From NCBI GenBank assembly GCA_965287045.1, contig OZ336885.1, forward strand, positions 63,302,001 through 63,366,000: a stretch of 64,000 nucleotides of DNA, in the 5' to 3' direction. Each line of letters starts with the position of its first letter. Position 1 is the stretch's first letter. Shown here one piece after another: positions 1 through 12,347 of the stretch. The notes below the pieces were generated by a model that saw only the letters and a program-made list of their open reading frames with translations, did no database searches and had not been told where the DNA came from. The translations under genes were made by a program, and so were the position numbers. This DNA comes from Carcharhinus amblyrhynchos. Taxonomy: Eukaryota.

Positions 1-481
1 CTGCAGGACATACGGTCCACTGTGCTGAGAGAGTGCCTCATATCAAAGGCCTGACATTTAAGTAAATCACAAACACATGAGGGCTTGCCCCAAGAAATTA
101 AGTCTGCCAAGAGGAGAAGGCAACTTAAATGCCGCTTTGAACAGTCAACTAATGCAGAACACGTGCACGTATCATAATTGCATTTTTGAAAGTTTGACGT
201 GACGTTGATTTGAACATTTATTGTATTACGAACGCAAAAAAAAACGCATTTCTTTAGCTGCTGGTGGCAGTCGCTGTTTCTTTTCCACTTAACAATGCCC
301 GCAATACATTGACGTCCCACATTTGCCAAGTCCAAATACCGCCTGAAGTTGTCTTTGCGAATGTCTCAAACTGCGCAGCCGTCAGCGATTATGCCCATGC
401 TATTTTTAGAGGAATAGTGTGGAGATCAACGTGCACTATTCAATCGGAGCAATAGCCAGACATTCGTAGTATTAAAATGAA

Positions 482-484
<3 letters not shown>

Positions 485-564
<80 letters not shown>
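485..564. repeat. (TG)n microsatellite
   Basis: About 40 TG units with one interruption. Confidence 0.97.
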
Positions 565-565
<1 letters not shown>

Positions 566-1574
566 ATATGATGAGCTTCTGTTCATCTTTGAGTTAAACT
601 ATGTTTTTGTCTGACCCTCCACAAAAGTTGCTACATTGATATTCCTTGCCTGACAGCTCATACCGACTTTAATGCAGCGAGATGAATAATCTCCAGGCTT
701 CTACCTAGAAACAACACCTCTCTTGAGGAACATGACACACACAGGACTGATTCACCTTGAAATCTACCTTTCTACGTTTGACTGAGAGATACTGTACTTT
801 CCAGCTTTGGTGGATGTATAAGTAAACATAAAGAAACCTTCCCTGGATGGTGAAACATATTACGCAGTTTTTCGTGTTCGTGGAACAGTTGAGTTTACCG
901 GTATGCCTGCACAGAATATCTTGTTACTTCAACGCGTATACTCTGAAATAGCATAATATGCTCATAACTTCGAAACTGCTGGCAGATTCAACGTAATTCC
1001 GTCCGTTTAAAAGCATAGAAATGACTAAATTTGAAATATCTTTTTTACTTCTCAGTCTATTTCATATTTATTTCATCTGATTAAACATTTTAACATTCGC
1101 AAGGACGTAATAAAAATCAGGTTACCCATGGACTTCCATTCATTGTACGTGGAAGTTGAGTTTATACTCCTGGTGGTGTGTTTGCAATGGGGATTTTTTT
1201 TTGCAGATCACATTGAGTTGGCTGTTTGCAATTGCAAGTTTCTTCACAATAAACATTTTTTTTTTCTCTGGAAATGTTGAAGAAATAGGGATTGCATTTA
1301 CGTTTGCACGCGCTGGTTTGGTAGAACAATAAAATCAACATGCGGAATAGAACTGCTACCACCAACAGTCAATAATCTTTCTAGATGAGTGGAAATGTTT
1401 ATTCTGTGACTTAATTTATTGAGTAATATCCGATTAGCTCATCAGTGCGACGTTTGCCCTCATTCATTAAGTGGCTATCAAAGAAACTTTTTTTTAGCAC
1501 CCGCAGCAAATGTGAACGGTTTACTTCAATTGGGCGCTATTAATAATCGGTTTGTCTTTAGAATGTCGTCGTGT

Positions 1575-1612
1575 CCCCGTCCCCCCCCCGCCCCCCCCCC
1601 CCCCCCCCGCCC
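1575..1612. repeat. Poly-C tract
   Basis: Interrupted C homopolymer. Confidence 0.9.
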
Positions 1613-1984
1613 ACGATTGAATGCTATTCAGCAGACATCTGTTCAGATAGGGTGTCTTTATTTGGGAGCCCTACGAGTTTTGGCAGCACACTGCTGAAAT
1701 TTGAAAAACGTTTGCAAAAAGATTGGCTCATGTGGTGAAATCCCTGTTTTTTTTTTCGTTCAATTGGCAGGTAGTGGAAATCACAAAATGGCTGGAAATT
1801 TGACTCGCAAGGGGTTATTTGACCGTCTACCGCCATTATACTAAAACATCAAATTTGGGCATGAACAATGTTGATGTGTAATAACTTCGTCACAAGCTTG
1901 ACTCGTAAGAGTTTAAGAGGTTTCTTTGGACAGTGCAAAGTTTATTGAAAAAATTTGGTTGAATTGCACCAAAATTTTAAATAC

Positions 1985-2235
1985 AGACTGCACAGTGGCT
2001 CACTCCTCGGATCTACTGGTTTGTATGTCACAGGATCTATACTCTCGATGGATTTGACAAGTTAAATTGTCCAATGATATTCCAACTTGTATATTTCAAT
2101 GAAAATGGGGGCAACCACTTGGGGTTACATGCATATTTTGGGTGTGTCGGCCTTGCTGAGATGTTTTGCGGAGAGTTGCTGCAGACTTGGCGGGCAAATG
2201 GCTTCCTTTTTACGCTGAAGGAAAAGCATGTTTCT
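1985..2235 (+). mobile_element. Highly decayed HE1-like SINE
   Basis: Tail-like gcagacttggcgggcaaatggcttcctttttacgctg and body remnants resembling the copy at 3240-3560. Confidence 0.45.
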
Positions 2236-3116
2236 GCGATTTTGTGAGATCTTAAAATTCACTGGAGCGTTCCTCTACAGAAATTGTGCCACTTTGTCCT
2301 GATGACTATGCGGCATACTTTGTCGGAGATTTTTTTTTGCATCTTGGCGAAAACTATTTGCCAATGAACCTTGAGCGAAAATTCTTTAGTGATACATGTT
2401 GATTGAGCGGTGATATTGATGAAATGTTCCAAATTTGGAATTGGTAATGAAGCATTTTTGTTTAACACATTCATCCATATTCAGGCCATCAACAGGTTCC
2501 GGCTTCCAGTCATCTGAGGCACCAGGACAATAGGGCATTTTCAGTCCCCAGAAATAAATTACGTAAGGTCTTTGCATAGTATATGCATGATTTAATACAA
2601 TAGCACCGAAAGTTTTCTTGAAGTAAACCAAGCGGGATTAATTTGAGCCGTTCTCCAAGATCTGTGTCAAGCATTGATAACCAGTTTCATCTGGTATGTT
2701 TCCACAAAAAAATTTAATGTTTTGCAGTAACTCTGATAGTTCGCTCTGTTTTCTCTAAGTAGGACGATGCGAGTATCTGTATAAATGTTCTAGCGTTCCC
2801 CGTTTCCCAAATTGTTTTATCCAAGTCAGCGTGTTAATTTATTTCTGCATTGTCCCAATGCTTCGTGCTTAACACAACGTGTCATCGACTCCTCTTTGCA
2901 TATTCAGAGGAGTATGCCCTCACTAGGCACAGAGGATGATGTCAGCTTTCAGTGCTGGGTACGTAGTCTTATAAGGGTGTTTTAATTGCAGCCAATCACG
3001 TAGATGTAATACATCTAAGTTATTTATATTGAACGCACAATCGCGCTTTCTGCCGGCCTCTTTCTCATTTAAACGGCAAATGATGCTATCAAATATTTTG
3101 AACTATTTCCACTCAC

Positions 3117-3150
3117 CCTGGTTTCACATTCCCTTCATCATGTCTCAAAG
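3117..3150 (-). CDS. Candidate 34-nt exon, (A)LRHDEGNVKPG
   Basis: cacattctcatgtctatcag|CTTTGAGACATGATGAAGGGAATGTGAAACCAGG|gtgagt. Open in phase 1 but not frame-preserving. Confidence 0.3.
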
Positions 3151-3239
3151 CTGATAGACATGAGAATGTGCGACAACTCAATTAAAAGAAAAACAAACAA
3201 TCAGTGTGATAATGGTTTTATGGTTGGTTTTACACCTGA

Positions 3240-3560
3240 GAGGCGACACAATGGCACATGGTAAGCTCTGCCACCTCACAGTGCCAGGGAACCGTGTTCA
3301 GTTCCATCTCCGGGTCACTGTCTCTGTGGAGTTTGCAATTTCAGATCGTGTCTGCGTGGGTTTTCTCTGGGTGCATCGGTTTCCTCTCACAGTCTAAACA
3401 TGAGTTGTTTAGTTTGATTGCTCATGATATACTGTCCCTTAGGGTTAGGGGATTAGTGGGGTAAATATGTGGAGTTAGGGGAACAGGGCCTGCTTGGGAT
3501 TACCATTTGTGCAGAATCGATGGGCCGAATGGCCTCCTTCTACATTGTATGGATACTTTG
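3240..3560 (+). mobile_element. HE1-type tRNA-derived V-core SINE, near full length
   Basis: tRNA-like head (tggcacatggtaagc...gttcagttcc), V core gtctgcgtgggttttctctgggtgcatcggtttcctctcacagtc, CR1-derived tail gatgggccgaatggcctccttct. Confidence 0.9.
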
Positions 3561-4589
3561 AGCTCGTCAACGTAGGCATATCGAGCACCGCTACATCACT
3601 CCCTGTCACGCCGACCAAAATTTGTACCATGTTCAATGTACTCTATTAGTTTACACTCTCTAAAGAGATGCATTTTACTTCTCTGGATACACTGTAAATT
3701 TTCGTCTTTTGCTGCAACATTCCTTCTGGATAGCAAATATTTCCCTCAAAACACCACTAGGAAAAAATCACTAATAAACAGAAAATGTTGATTGCAACCA
3801 TGTATTGCTTGCCATTTTTCAAACTGCGCATGCAATGCACACATTTTCATTCTTGTTTTTAGTCCTTTCTCATGAATATGAAAGTGGCTAAAAATTCTTG
3901 TTGCTCAAATTTTAAGTTCCTCTTCTCCTGCATAATATTAAAAATCCCGTATTGACTGGCACTGTTATCACATCTTGTCCAATATATTTTCCTATCCAAT
4001 CCCACCCGCACAGAAACATTTCAGTATTGTACAACAAATCTTCGAATGCATCCACCATTTGACATTCTGCAACTGGGTCCGTGGTGCGCATATTTCCATT
4101 TTTGCTGCCGGTTCTTTCACTTGGTTGGTAACTGCGGATAGATTTTCCGGTTACTCGGCTTTTAAAGTTTGTTCTCCTGCCAAGTATTAATAATTCCAGC
4201 TGATTATTGATATCGGCGGGCATGATTTCTTGTTAAACCACCGTATGGCATTGCCATATCCGCGCACCCAACAAAAGATTCGGGTTGGTTTTTAGCCGAT
4301 GTCTCATTGTACTTTTTTTTTCACACGATATTCAATAATTCGAAAGGATAGTCATCGATGTTGGATTGTAATTGATGGTTAAAGTCGAAATTAATTGTGA
4401 GAAAGGATATTCGATCAGATAACGTGGAATCTGCATGGCCAGAGTTGATACATACGAAGGGGAAAAAAAAAGTTTGTGGGTGTCATGTTTCGACTCCCAA
4501 ATTGCCGCGATGATTTTAGGAATGACATAATAAACAAAGTCGATATGCACATGGCAAGGGAGCACTGGTCATCACCAGAGATTTTAACC

Positions 4590-6780
4590 TGCACATTGAT
4601 TAGACAAATCAAATTAGCCACAGTGTTCTCGAAGAGGAATTCCTGAATTATAAATCAGATGGTTTTGCGAGCAATATTTGGGCAAACCAAATATGATCAG
4701 GCCATCTTAATTTGGGCGCTGTTTAATCAGAAGGGAATTGTTGTCAATCAGGCTGTGCGAGACCCCATGGAGATGAACGGAAATAACATGACAGAATGAT
4801 TGATCAAACTGGTGAGTGAAGGAGTTGATTTCGAGACTTGGATGCTGAATTTTACAAAAGGGTACTATGAAGATCTGCTCCGTGTAGTGGATTAATAGAT
4901 TACGAAACTTAATTAAAGGATTGGTGGTGGGTAGGCAATGGCTAACATTGAAGAAACGTATGGGGGATGGACAGGTGCTGTTTCGCCCTCTCTGACTCCA
5001 AAGCAAAATGGGTAAAATTACCAATCCATGGTCTATAATGGAAATTAGAGGTAGCATGAGACGGAAAGAAGAAGCAAGCACATTGGCGAAGAAAAAAAAT
5101 AGATCTGAGAAATGGGAGCAGTTTCAAATTCACCAAAAAAAAAGTGATTGATTAAGCAAGAGAAAAAAAAACACCACATGAAAATAAGCTTCATAAAGTC
5201 TGACACTAAGACATTACATTGATACGTGAAGAGAAATACGTTGATGAATAGAAATGCAGATCTTTACAGAGAGAAAAGTGGAGAATATAAAAAAGTAAAC
5301 AAAAAAGGTTGATCAGCTGAATACATAGGTTGATTACGTTTTCAAGTGGAGGACACAAATCAGACACTAGAAATGTTGGTGAATGGCAGATTTATTGAGA
5401 GGTAGGAACTGAAAGAGAGATCACTATTTTCAGAGAAGTTGTGCTGGGAAAATACATGGGATTGCAGTTGGATAATTACCCAGGATCTTAAAAATCATCC
5501 CAGAATACTGATCGAAATGGCTTAAGAAATGGATGGATTTCGGTCATCTCCCAGGGTTCTTCGACTCTGGAACAACTCCTGCAGATAGGCAGATGGCAGA
5601 TGTCAGTCATATATTTAAAAATGAAGTGGAGTTGAAATCGGGAATTATAGGGCACGAAAACTATCATCGGTAGTGGATAAAAAAATCTCATCCATTATCA
5701 ATGACTTCATAGCAGAACATTTGGAAAACAGTAGCAGGATCAGACAGAATACGCATGGATTTCTCAAGGGGAAATAATGCATGACAAATCCTTTGGTGTT
5801 CTTTAAAAACAATAGAACCCGAAGAGTTCCAAAGGGGAGCCAGACGATGTGATGTGCTTTGACTTTCAGAAAGCTATCGACGACGTCACACGTGATTGAG
5901 TATCATGCCAGATTAAAGCGAATGACATTGGGAATTCTGCATGGAGATAGATTGAAAACTATTTGTCAGAGAGGAAACAAAGCATCGTTATTAATGGGTG
6001 AGAGGGTATAACTTAGGAAGATCAATTCTAGTAGCGTAATTGGCAAGCAGTAGTTCGTGTGGTGCCACATGGACGATTCTCTGACCTCAAATATTCACAA
6101 CATGTATTAATTGTTTGGATTAAGGAACAAGAGGAAGCATCACAAAGTTGGCAGAAAGTAAGTAGTTGGATGCCAGGGTGAACTGTGACGAGGATGCAGA
6201 GACCCTTCAGCATTTTCTGGACAGGTTGGCTGAGTGGTCAGATCAATAGCAGATGGAGTAGAATTTGGATAATTGTGTGGAAATGCACTTTGGAAACAAA
6301 AAAGACGAAGGTGAATTATTGCCTGAATCATTGTACATTGGGAGACCGTAGTGTGCAACAGGATATTATTCTCATTGCGCACCGGTCGTTGAAGGTAAGC
6401 ATACAGCTGCAGATGACAGCAAAGAAGCAAAATGGGGAGCTGATGTGCACTGCGATAGGTTTTGAGCACAGAAACAGGGATGTGCTGTTGCAATTTTGCG
6501 GGGCCTTGGTGAGGTCACCCCTACTGTGTTGTGTGCGGCTTTGGACTTTTCTCTAACGAAGGGTTTTCTTGCTATCAAAGGCGTGCAGCAAATCTTTACT
6601 GCGCTGGTTCCATGGATAGCAAAACTGATGTATGAGGATTGATTGACTATAATTTGATATTTGTTCGTTGGGGTTGAGACGAATGACGAAAAAGTCTCTT
6701 AGAGACTTGCAAAATTCGAACAATTTTATACAGGAATGATAGAGGGAGAATGTTCCCAATGGGTGGATTTCCCAGTAAAA
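4590..6780 (+). mobile_element. Degenerate CR1 LINE ORF2; its 3' end resumes at 8217
   Basis: Decayed NYR, HGF and DFQKAFD motifs plus the CR1 C-terminal GFEHRNRDVLLQ..LVR segment; many stops and frameshifts. Confidence 0.88.
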
Positions 6781-6860
6781 TAGTCTCACAACACCAGGTT
6801 AAAGTGCAACCAGTTTTGTTGATAGTAAACCCACAAGCTTTCAGAGTTCCCAGACGGACG
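6781..6860 (-). mobile_element. Penelope-like terminal repeat fragment
   Basis: gtctcacaacaccaggttaaagt...cacaagctttc, matching the arm at 25045-25160. Confidence 0.8.
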
Positions 6861-6899
6861 TCGATGGCGGGCAATTGATTGGAAGGTGTGACAATGTGT

Positions 6900-8215
6900 A
6901 GGATGTACAAAGATTTGGATAGACAGGGATTTCTTAGGGAGTGTCAACATGGCTTTGTGCGTAGTTGGTCATGTTTGGCCAACCTATTAGAGGTTTTTTT
7001 TTGAGGAGCTTAGCAGGAAAGTAGATGAAGGTAAGGTGGTGGATGTTGTCTACCTGGATTTCAACAAGGCCTTTGACAAGGTCCCACATGGGAGGTAAGG
7101 AAGGCTCTGTCACTAGGTATACATGGGGAGCTAGTAAATTGGATTAGACACTAGCTCTATGGAAGAATCCAGAGATTTGCTGTGGAGGATTGCTTCTCTG
7201 AGTGGAAGCCTTTGACTCGTGGTGCGCTACAGGGAAAGGTGTTGGGTTCATTGTTTGTCATCTATTACAATGATCTGGATGATAATGTGGCCTATTGGAT
7301 CAGCAAATTTGCTGATGACATAAAGTCTGGAGGTGTAGTGGAGAGTGAGAAAGGTTTTCAAAGCGTGCAGAGGGGTTTGGACCAACTAGAAAAGTGGGCT
7401 GAAAATGGCAAATGGAATTTAACGCAGACAAGTGTGGGGTATTGCACTTTGGAAGGACAAACCTAAGTAGAATGGACAGGGGAAATGGTAGAACTCTGAG
7501 CACTGCAGTTGAACAGAGGGAACTGGGAATACAGGTACAAAATTCCCTAAAAAGTGACGTCATAGATGGATAGGGTCATAAAGAGAGTTTTTGGTACATT
7601 GACTTTATAAATCGGAATACCTAGTAGAAAAGTTGGCGTGTTATGGTAAGATTTTATAAGGCAAAGATGCGGCCGAATTTAGCGTATTATGTAAGTTTTG
7701 GTCACCTAGTTACAGGAAGAATGTAAATAAGGTGGAAAGAGTGCTGAGAAGTTTCACGAGGATGTTGTCGGGACTTGAGAAGTTGAATAACAGAGAGAGG
7801 TTGAATACGTTAGGACATTAACCCTGAAACGTAGAAGAATAAGGAGAGATTTGATAGAGGTGTATACGATTGTGAAAGCAGGCAAGCATCTTCCACTGAG
7901 GCGAGGGGAGAGAGAAAGAAAACAGAGGGCATGGGTTAAGGGTGAAAGCAGAAACGTTTAAATGGAATATTAGGGGGTGGGGAGCCTTTCATGCAGACAG
8001 TGTTGGAGGTGTGGAGTGAGCTGCTTGATAAAATGGTAAATTCAGGATCACTTAACATTTAAGAAAAAAACTTTGACAGTTACATGGATCAGAGGGGTGT
8101 GGTGGAGTATGGTCCAAGTACAGGTCAGTGGGATTAGGCAAAAAATGGTTCGGCTCAGACAAGAAGGGCCAAAAGGCCTGTTTCTGAGCTCTAATTTTCT
8201 ATGGTTCGATGGTTC
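6900..8215 (+). mobile_element. 5'-truncated CR1 LINE of a second subfamily, nested in the first
   Basis: [22 protein letters not shown] and ISKFADD motifs; tail ttctatggttcgatggttct. Confidence 0.92.
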
Positions 8216-8216
8216 T

Positions 8217-8515
8217 AACCAGGGGTCAGAGTCCGAGGATTTAGATTAGATGATTTAGGACCGAGATGAGGAAACATTTTTTTCACCCTAACAGTGGTGA
8301 GCCTGTGGAATTCATTATCACAGAAACCAGATGATGTCAAAGCAGTGAATATATTCAAGAAGCGGTAACATAAGTAAAGCTGGATCAAAGGTTATGGAGA
8401 GAAAGCAGAATATGTCTATTCAGTTGGACGACATCCATGATCGTGATATGTAGTGGAGAGGGCTCGAAGGCCTAATAATCACATCCATCTCCTGTGTTCC
8501 AATGTTGCTATGGTT
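8217..8515 (+). mobile_element. 3' end of the interrupted host CR1
   Basis: aaccaggggtcagagt...tttaggaccgagatgaggaaacatttt...ctgtggaattc (TRG.SL, FRTEMR, LWNS). Confidence 0.85.
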
Positions 8516-10189
8516 TTCTGCTCCTATCCCTTTAACCTATAACGTTAGTTTTAATTTATTGTTGTAATAACATCAGTTTTTGATTCAATTACATCAGGCC
8601 GTCGTGAATATCAGAGATTCCGCATTCTTGGTAAAAAAAAACAACCTCTTTGAATCTCCCCTCTTTCGTTTACCATGATACTCAAGGTATGATCCTCTTT
8701 CTTTACCGAAATGGTCTACATGCCTCTCGAGATGCGCAATAATGCTTTCCACTCTTCACAATCTGCCTGAAATTGCGTCGCAAGCCGCTCTGGCCAATTC
8801 TGGCGCAGCCAGTTATCACCAGATCCATGAACGAATGTAAAATCCACTTCTCTTTATTTACCCACATTCAAATGATAATCTGCTTCCACATTATTGCTGT
8901 CGAAGTGAATAAGTAAACGCATGTTCAGACAAAGATGCAAATGAGCCGCTCGCCTGACCAGCAAACTTGCATAGCTACTAGCAGGGTCCAAACAATTAAT
9001 TTTGCTTTATGCACTTAAATATAATTAGTCTTGCTGAACTTCCATGTACCTTCACAACATTCTACACTGTAGATAAACCTGAATCCAACCTATTTGCCAA
9101 TTCCAGCACTTTTTTTTCACCGAACAGTTGTTACACATCAACTGTTTAATATGGCTCATGATACATAACATCAAAATACATACAGAGCTCATGTTGCTCC
9201 GTTCGTATTGTAAAGAACATGAAATTCTTAATGAACTCACTGTAAGTAAGTTCAGCCGTTTGACCGTTTAGCATTCCTGTTCATCCCTTCAGTATGTCTT
9301 AGGAAGCTCGCTCATATTTCCTGAGAGGGTGTTCCAATATAGGACACCGAATTGTGATGGTTGATAGTTTTGTTTGTCGCAATGATGTGAGTATTCTCAT
9401 ATGATACTAGACGCAAAGGGTAACTAGCCTGGTCGTCTCAAAAACAAAATAAAAAATAATTATCTCAAAAAGAAATGTGTAAGTATAAAAATGGACTGGA
9501 ATGTACTCATGTGTGCCGCATAGCTTCACAAGTACGAAGTAGAAGTGCATAACTTGAATACACATTACCACGTTCTTTGAAAAAGTATATACGAGTTTGG
9601 AACACTGTCAGGACTCCATTTTTCATATTTGTCAAATTAATAGATTTATAGCGAAACGGCACAGTATGATTTACACACTATATGATTGAGAGCTTGTTAC
9701 TAGGAGGTTTCTTTCTTTCTTGGCACGCAGAAAACAAACTTTTTCTTTTACAGCCTCCACTTTTTTTTCATTCTTGTCAGCTATGTAGACTGGACTTGCA
9801 ATCTGACTTTGTAATCAAGTCTCACCGATGACCCAATGCAATCTGACAGGACTTAACATTTGCTCAGTGTCAAACCAGACCTTCAGAATGGTAGATGAAA
9901 ATAAAAGTCTGTTTCTACGAAAATGTTACCAATTATACTTTTGATTTACAGTGAAAATGTCTTTTTCTCTCGTTGCCTGCCGGCTACACAGATCCATGAA
10001 ACTCTATTTTTAACAGCACCCCCACCCATGTATAGCAATTGTTTTTAATGAAAGAAAGCATTCTGTGATCCTTATGCAATTAGAACATCTTTGCTGAGAC
10101 CCGCATCTCGACTAACAACTTTTGAAACCTTGTTGGCTTTGAACTAGATAGCACATCAGTGCTGCCGCGTGTAGTATGTTTCATCAATA

Positions 10190-10242
10190 TTATTGTTGTT
10201 GTTATTATTATTATTATTATTACTATTATTATTATTATTATT
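10190..10242. repeat. (TTG/TTA)n microsatellite
   Basis: Tandem trinucleotides. Confidence 0.93.
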
Positions 10243-10490
10243 TCATACAAAGCGTCACATATCGATTAGAGAACCAGCAGCTTTCATTGCTAATCAGGAA
10301 AATTGTTTTTCTTCAAGTCGCTCGTCAACATCGTTTGTAACCTTAATATTTGTTTCTGCCTTTAAGTGATTCAATTTAAAAAAAAATGAAAACAGGAAGA
10401 AAACGTTTTTAATGAATTGAGAGCAAGAACGTTTGATATGTGTGTCAATGAATTCCACAAGGAGAGAACGTCGGTAAAGTGGCTATAAAT

Positions 10491-10502
10491 GGGATTGCTG
10501 CC
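10491..10502 (+). promoter_or_regulatory. Possible TATA box (ggcTATAAATggg) about 0.9 kb upstream of the plus-strand exon
   Basis: TATAAAT with G-rich flanks in non-repetitive sequence. Motif match only. Confidence 0.15.
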
Positions 10503-10919
10503 TCACTGTGCCCGAAACAGAGTTTTGATAGTCTGTTTTTGTCTCAGTGTTTGTGGTGTCTGCTCGATCTGCCTGTCTCTGCCTGGGTTTCCCCAACATG
10601 ATTGATGTTCTCCCACTGTTCGAAGGATAGGCTAAATTGTGAAAGTTTTGAAGGGTGTATTGCAAGAAATTAACTGCAATGTGATTTCCTCTGAGGGGAA
10701 AACATTTCAAATTTGATGGAAAAACTGGCAGAGATTTAATAAATAAGAAATTGTGGGTCAATTTGCTTTATCACACTAAAACATGGATTGTTTATATTGT
10801 ACTCGCCTGCATGTGCAAGTTCTTTTTTCAATTTGCCCATTTCTGTTCAAAAATATTGCATACAGTTATTGTAGTGCAATAAAGACTGTTCTATTTCCAC
10901 CCGATCTCCCTCTACCTCA

Positions 10920-11062
10920 TACACACACATACACAGCACGCACACACAAAGATAAGCACACACATATATGTGCGCTCTCCAACACAGATGAGCTTGCATG
11001 CACACACCAACCATACACATACATGTTGGTATGCACACAAAGGCACACATACAGGCACACAC
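10920..11062. repeat. Degenerate (CA)n-rich tract
   Basis: Interrupted CA runs. Confidence 0.8.
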
Positions 11063-11409
11063 AAACTTGGAACTAAAAATCAAAATATTGACCTCAAACA
11101 AAATCCATCAGTCGATCCACAATTTGGCCACAGTTGGTGCAGGAGTTAGGAACGAAATTATTCTCCAATGAACTAACGACAAAACCATGGAATGTGTGGC
11201 GATTAAACTTTGAAACAAACCAAGTACAACATATATATTTTGAAAAGAAGTGAAGTTATTAAAAGCGAATTCGGTCCTAAAACATAAATGACGCTATCTT
11301 TATAACAATCAATGCATAATTTGATGTTGCGTGCATGCGAGTTATTTTAAGTTAGGGGTAATATTAGACCAATGCAGCATATCCTTTAATGATTTATTTT
11401 CCCTTATAG

Positions 11410-11433
11410 GTGGAAAATGATATATCTTAACAG
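11410..11433 (+). other. 24-nt exon on the plus strand, antisense to the microexon gene; contains an ATG at 11417
   Basis: gatttatttttcccttatag|GTGGAAAATGATATATCTTAACAG|gtaagta. Near-consensus acceptor and donor. Confidence 0.45.
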
Positions 11434-12245
11434 GTAAGTAAAGAATTAAAAATATGTACGTTAGACATTAAGATACTGACAAAACTTACACCCTTAAGTT
11501 AATTGTCTTCTAAATCAGAATTGTAAGCTAACAAAAAATCACTTCACAAACATATGTAAGGGTAAAAAGAGATTTAATTTTTTTTATATTATTTGCTGAT
11601 ATTTTGATGTGTCACTATAGTCTTATGATTTATTGTTCATTCAGTCAAAGGCAGATTTCGAGAAAACATAATAGTGAAAAGCATTAGGACAGTGCCATTT
11701 TCTGAGATATTTTAAATCTTTCGGAAGATGTAACGTTTTACCATCAGTGTTACCATGGTTGGAGAATTTCGAAAATGTAAGCATAATTTTTGAAAAGGGC
11801 TCTTTTGCTTTCCAGATAAGATGAATCATGGACAGATTTGGAGTCATGTGCTAATTTACTTAGGCAGTGACGTTCGGGAATCATATTTGAAAGTGCATTT
11901 CAAACTCGGGCTAACGTACCAGTCATTCAGGAAGGCAGGACGTTGTGTTTGCTGAGACAGGAGTTAACTTCTGGATTCTGTGCGCTCATAAATTGTCATT
12001 ATGCTACGGGGTATGATGCGATTGATTCGAATATGTGATAAGTATTATTGCTGAGTTCGATATATTGAAGATGATTGACTTAATGCTGATAAAAGGCGTG
12101 AGTAAGTTATAATAACTCCTATAATTGATCTAATCTGAATTATATACGCCATACTTCATTCAAAATGTCTAGTTGTTGCATCCCAGAAGCTTCCCTGGCC
12201 CTTTAGTGATTTCTCTCAGTGGCCACTGATCAACGCGAAACTTAC

Positions 12246-12347
12246 CTCTTTAAACCGAGACACGGGCTTCATAAGTCTTGCGTTGTCTGAACTTTCGGTC
12301 CTTCTCGGCGACCTTGAAACCCCACCAATAGTAGGGTGGAGTAAAAG
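12246..12347 (-). CDS. Candidate 102-nt exon of the same minus-strand gene; reading frame uncertain
   Basis: tttttacacaagcacag|CTTTTACTCC...TTTAAAGAG|gtaagt. Phase 1 reads AFTPPYYWWGFKVAEKDRKFRQRKTYEARVSV*; phase 0 is open (LLLHPTIGGVSRSPRRTESSDNARLMKPVSRFKE). Strong donor, moderate acceptor. Confidence 0.35.

Noticed and set aside
400-409. Perfect MEF2-type site CTATTTTTAG
   Set aside because: Would suit a muscle gene, but a single match in 64 kb of AT-rich DNA is expected by chance.
10504-10510. CACTGTG/CACAGTG heptamers (also near 1991 and 4619) as V(D)J recombination signals
   Set aside because: No correctly spaced nonamer was seen, and no V, J or C segments are present.
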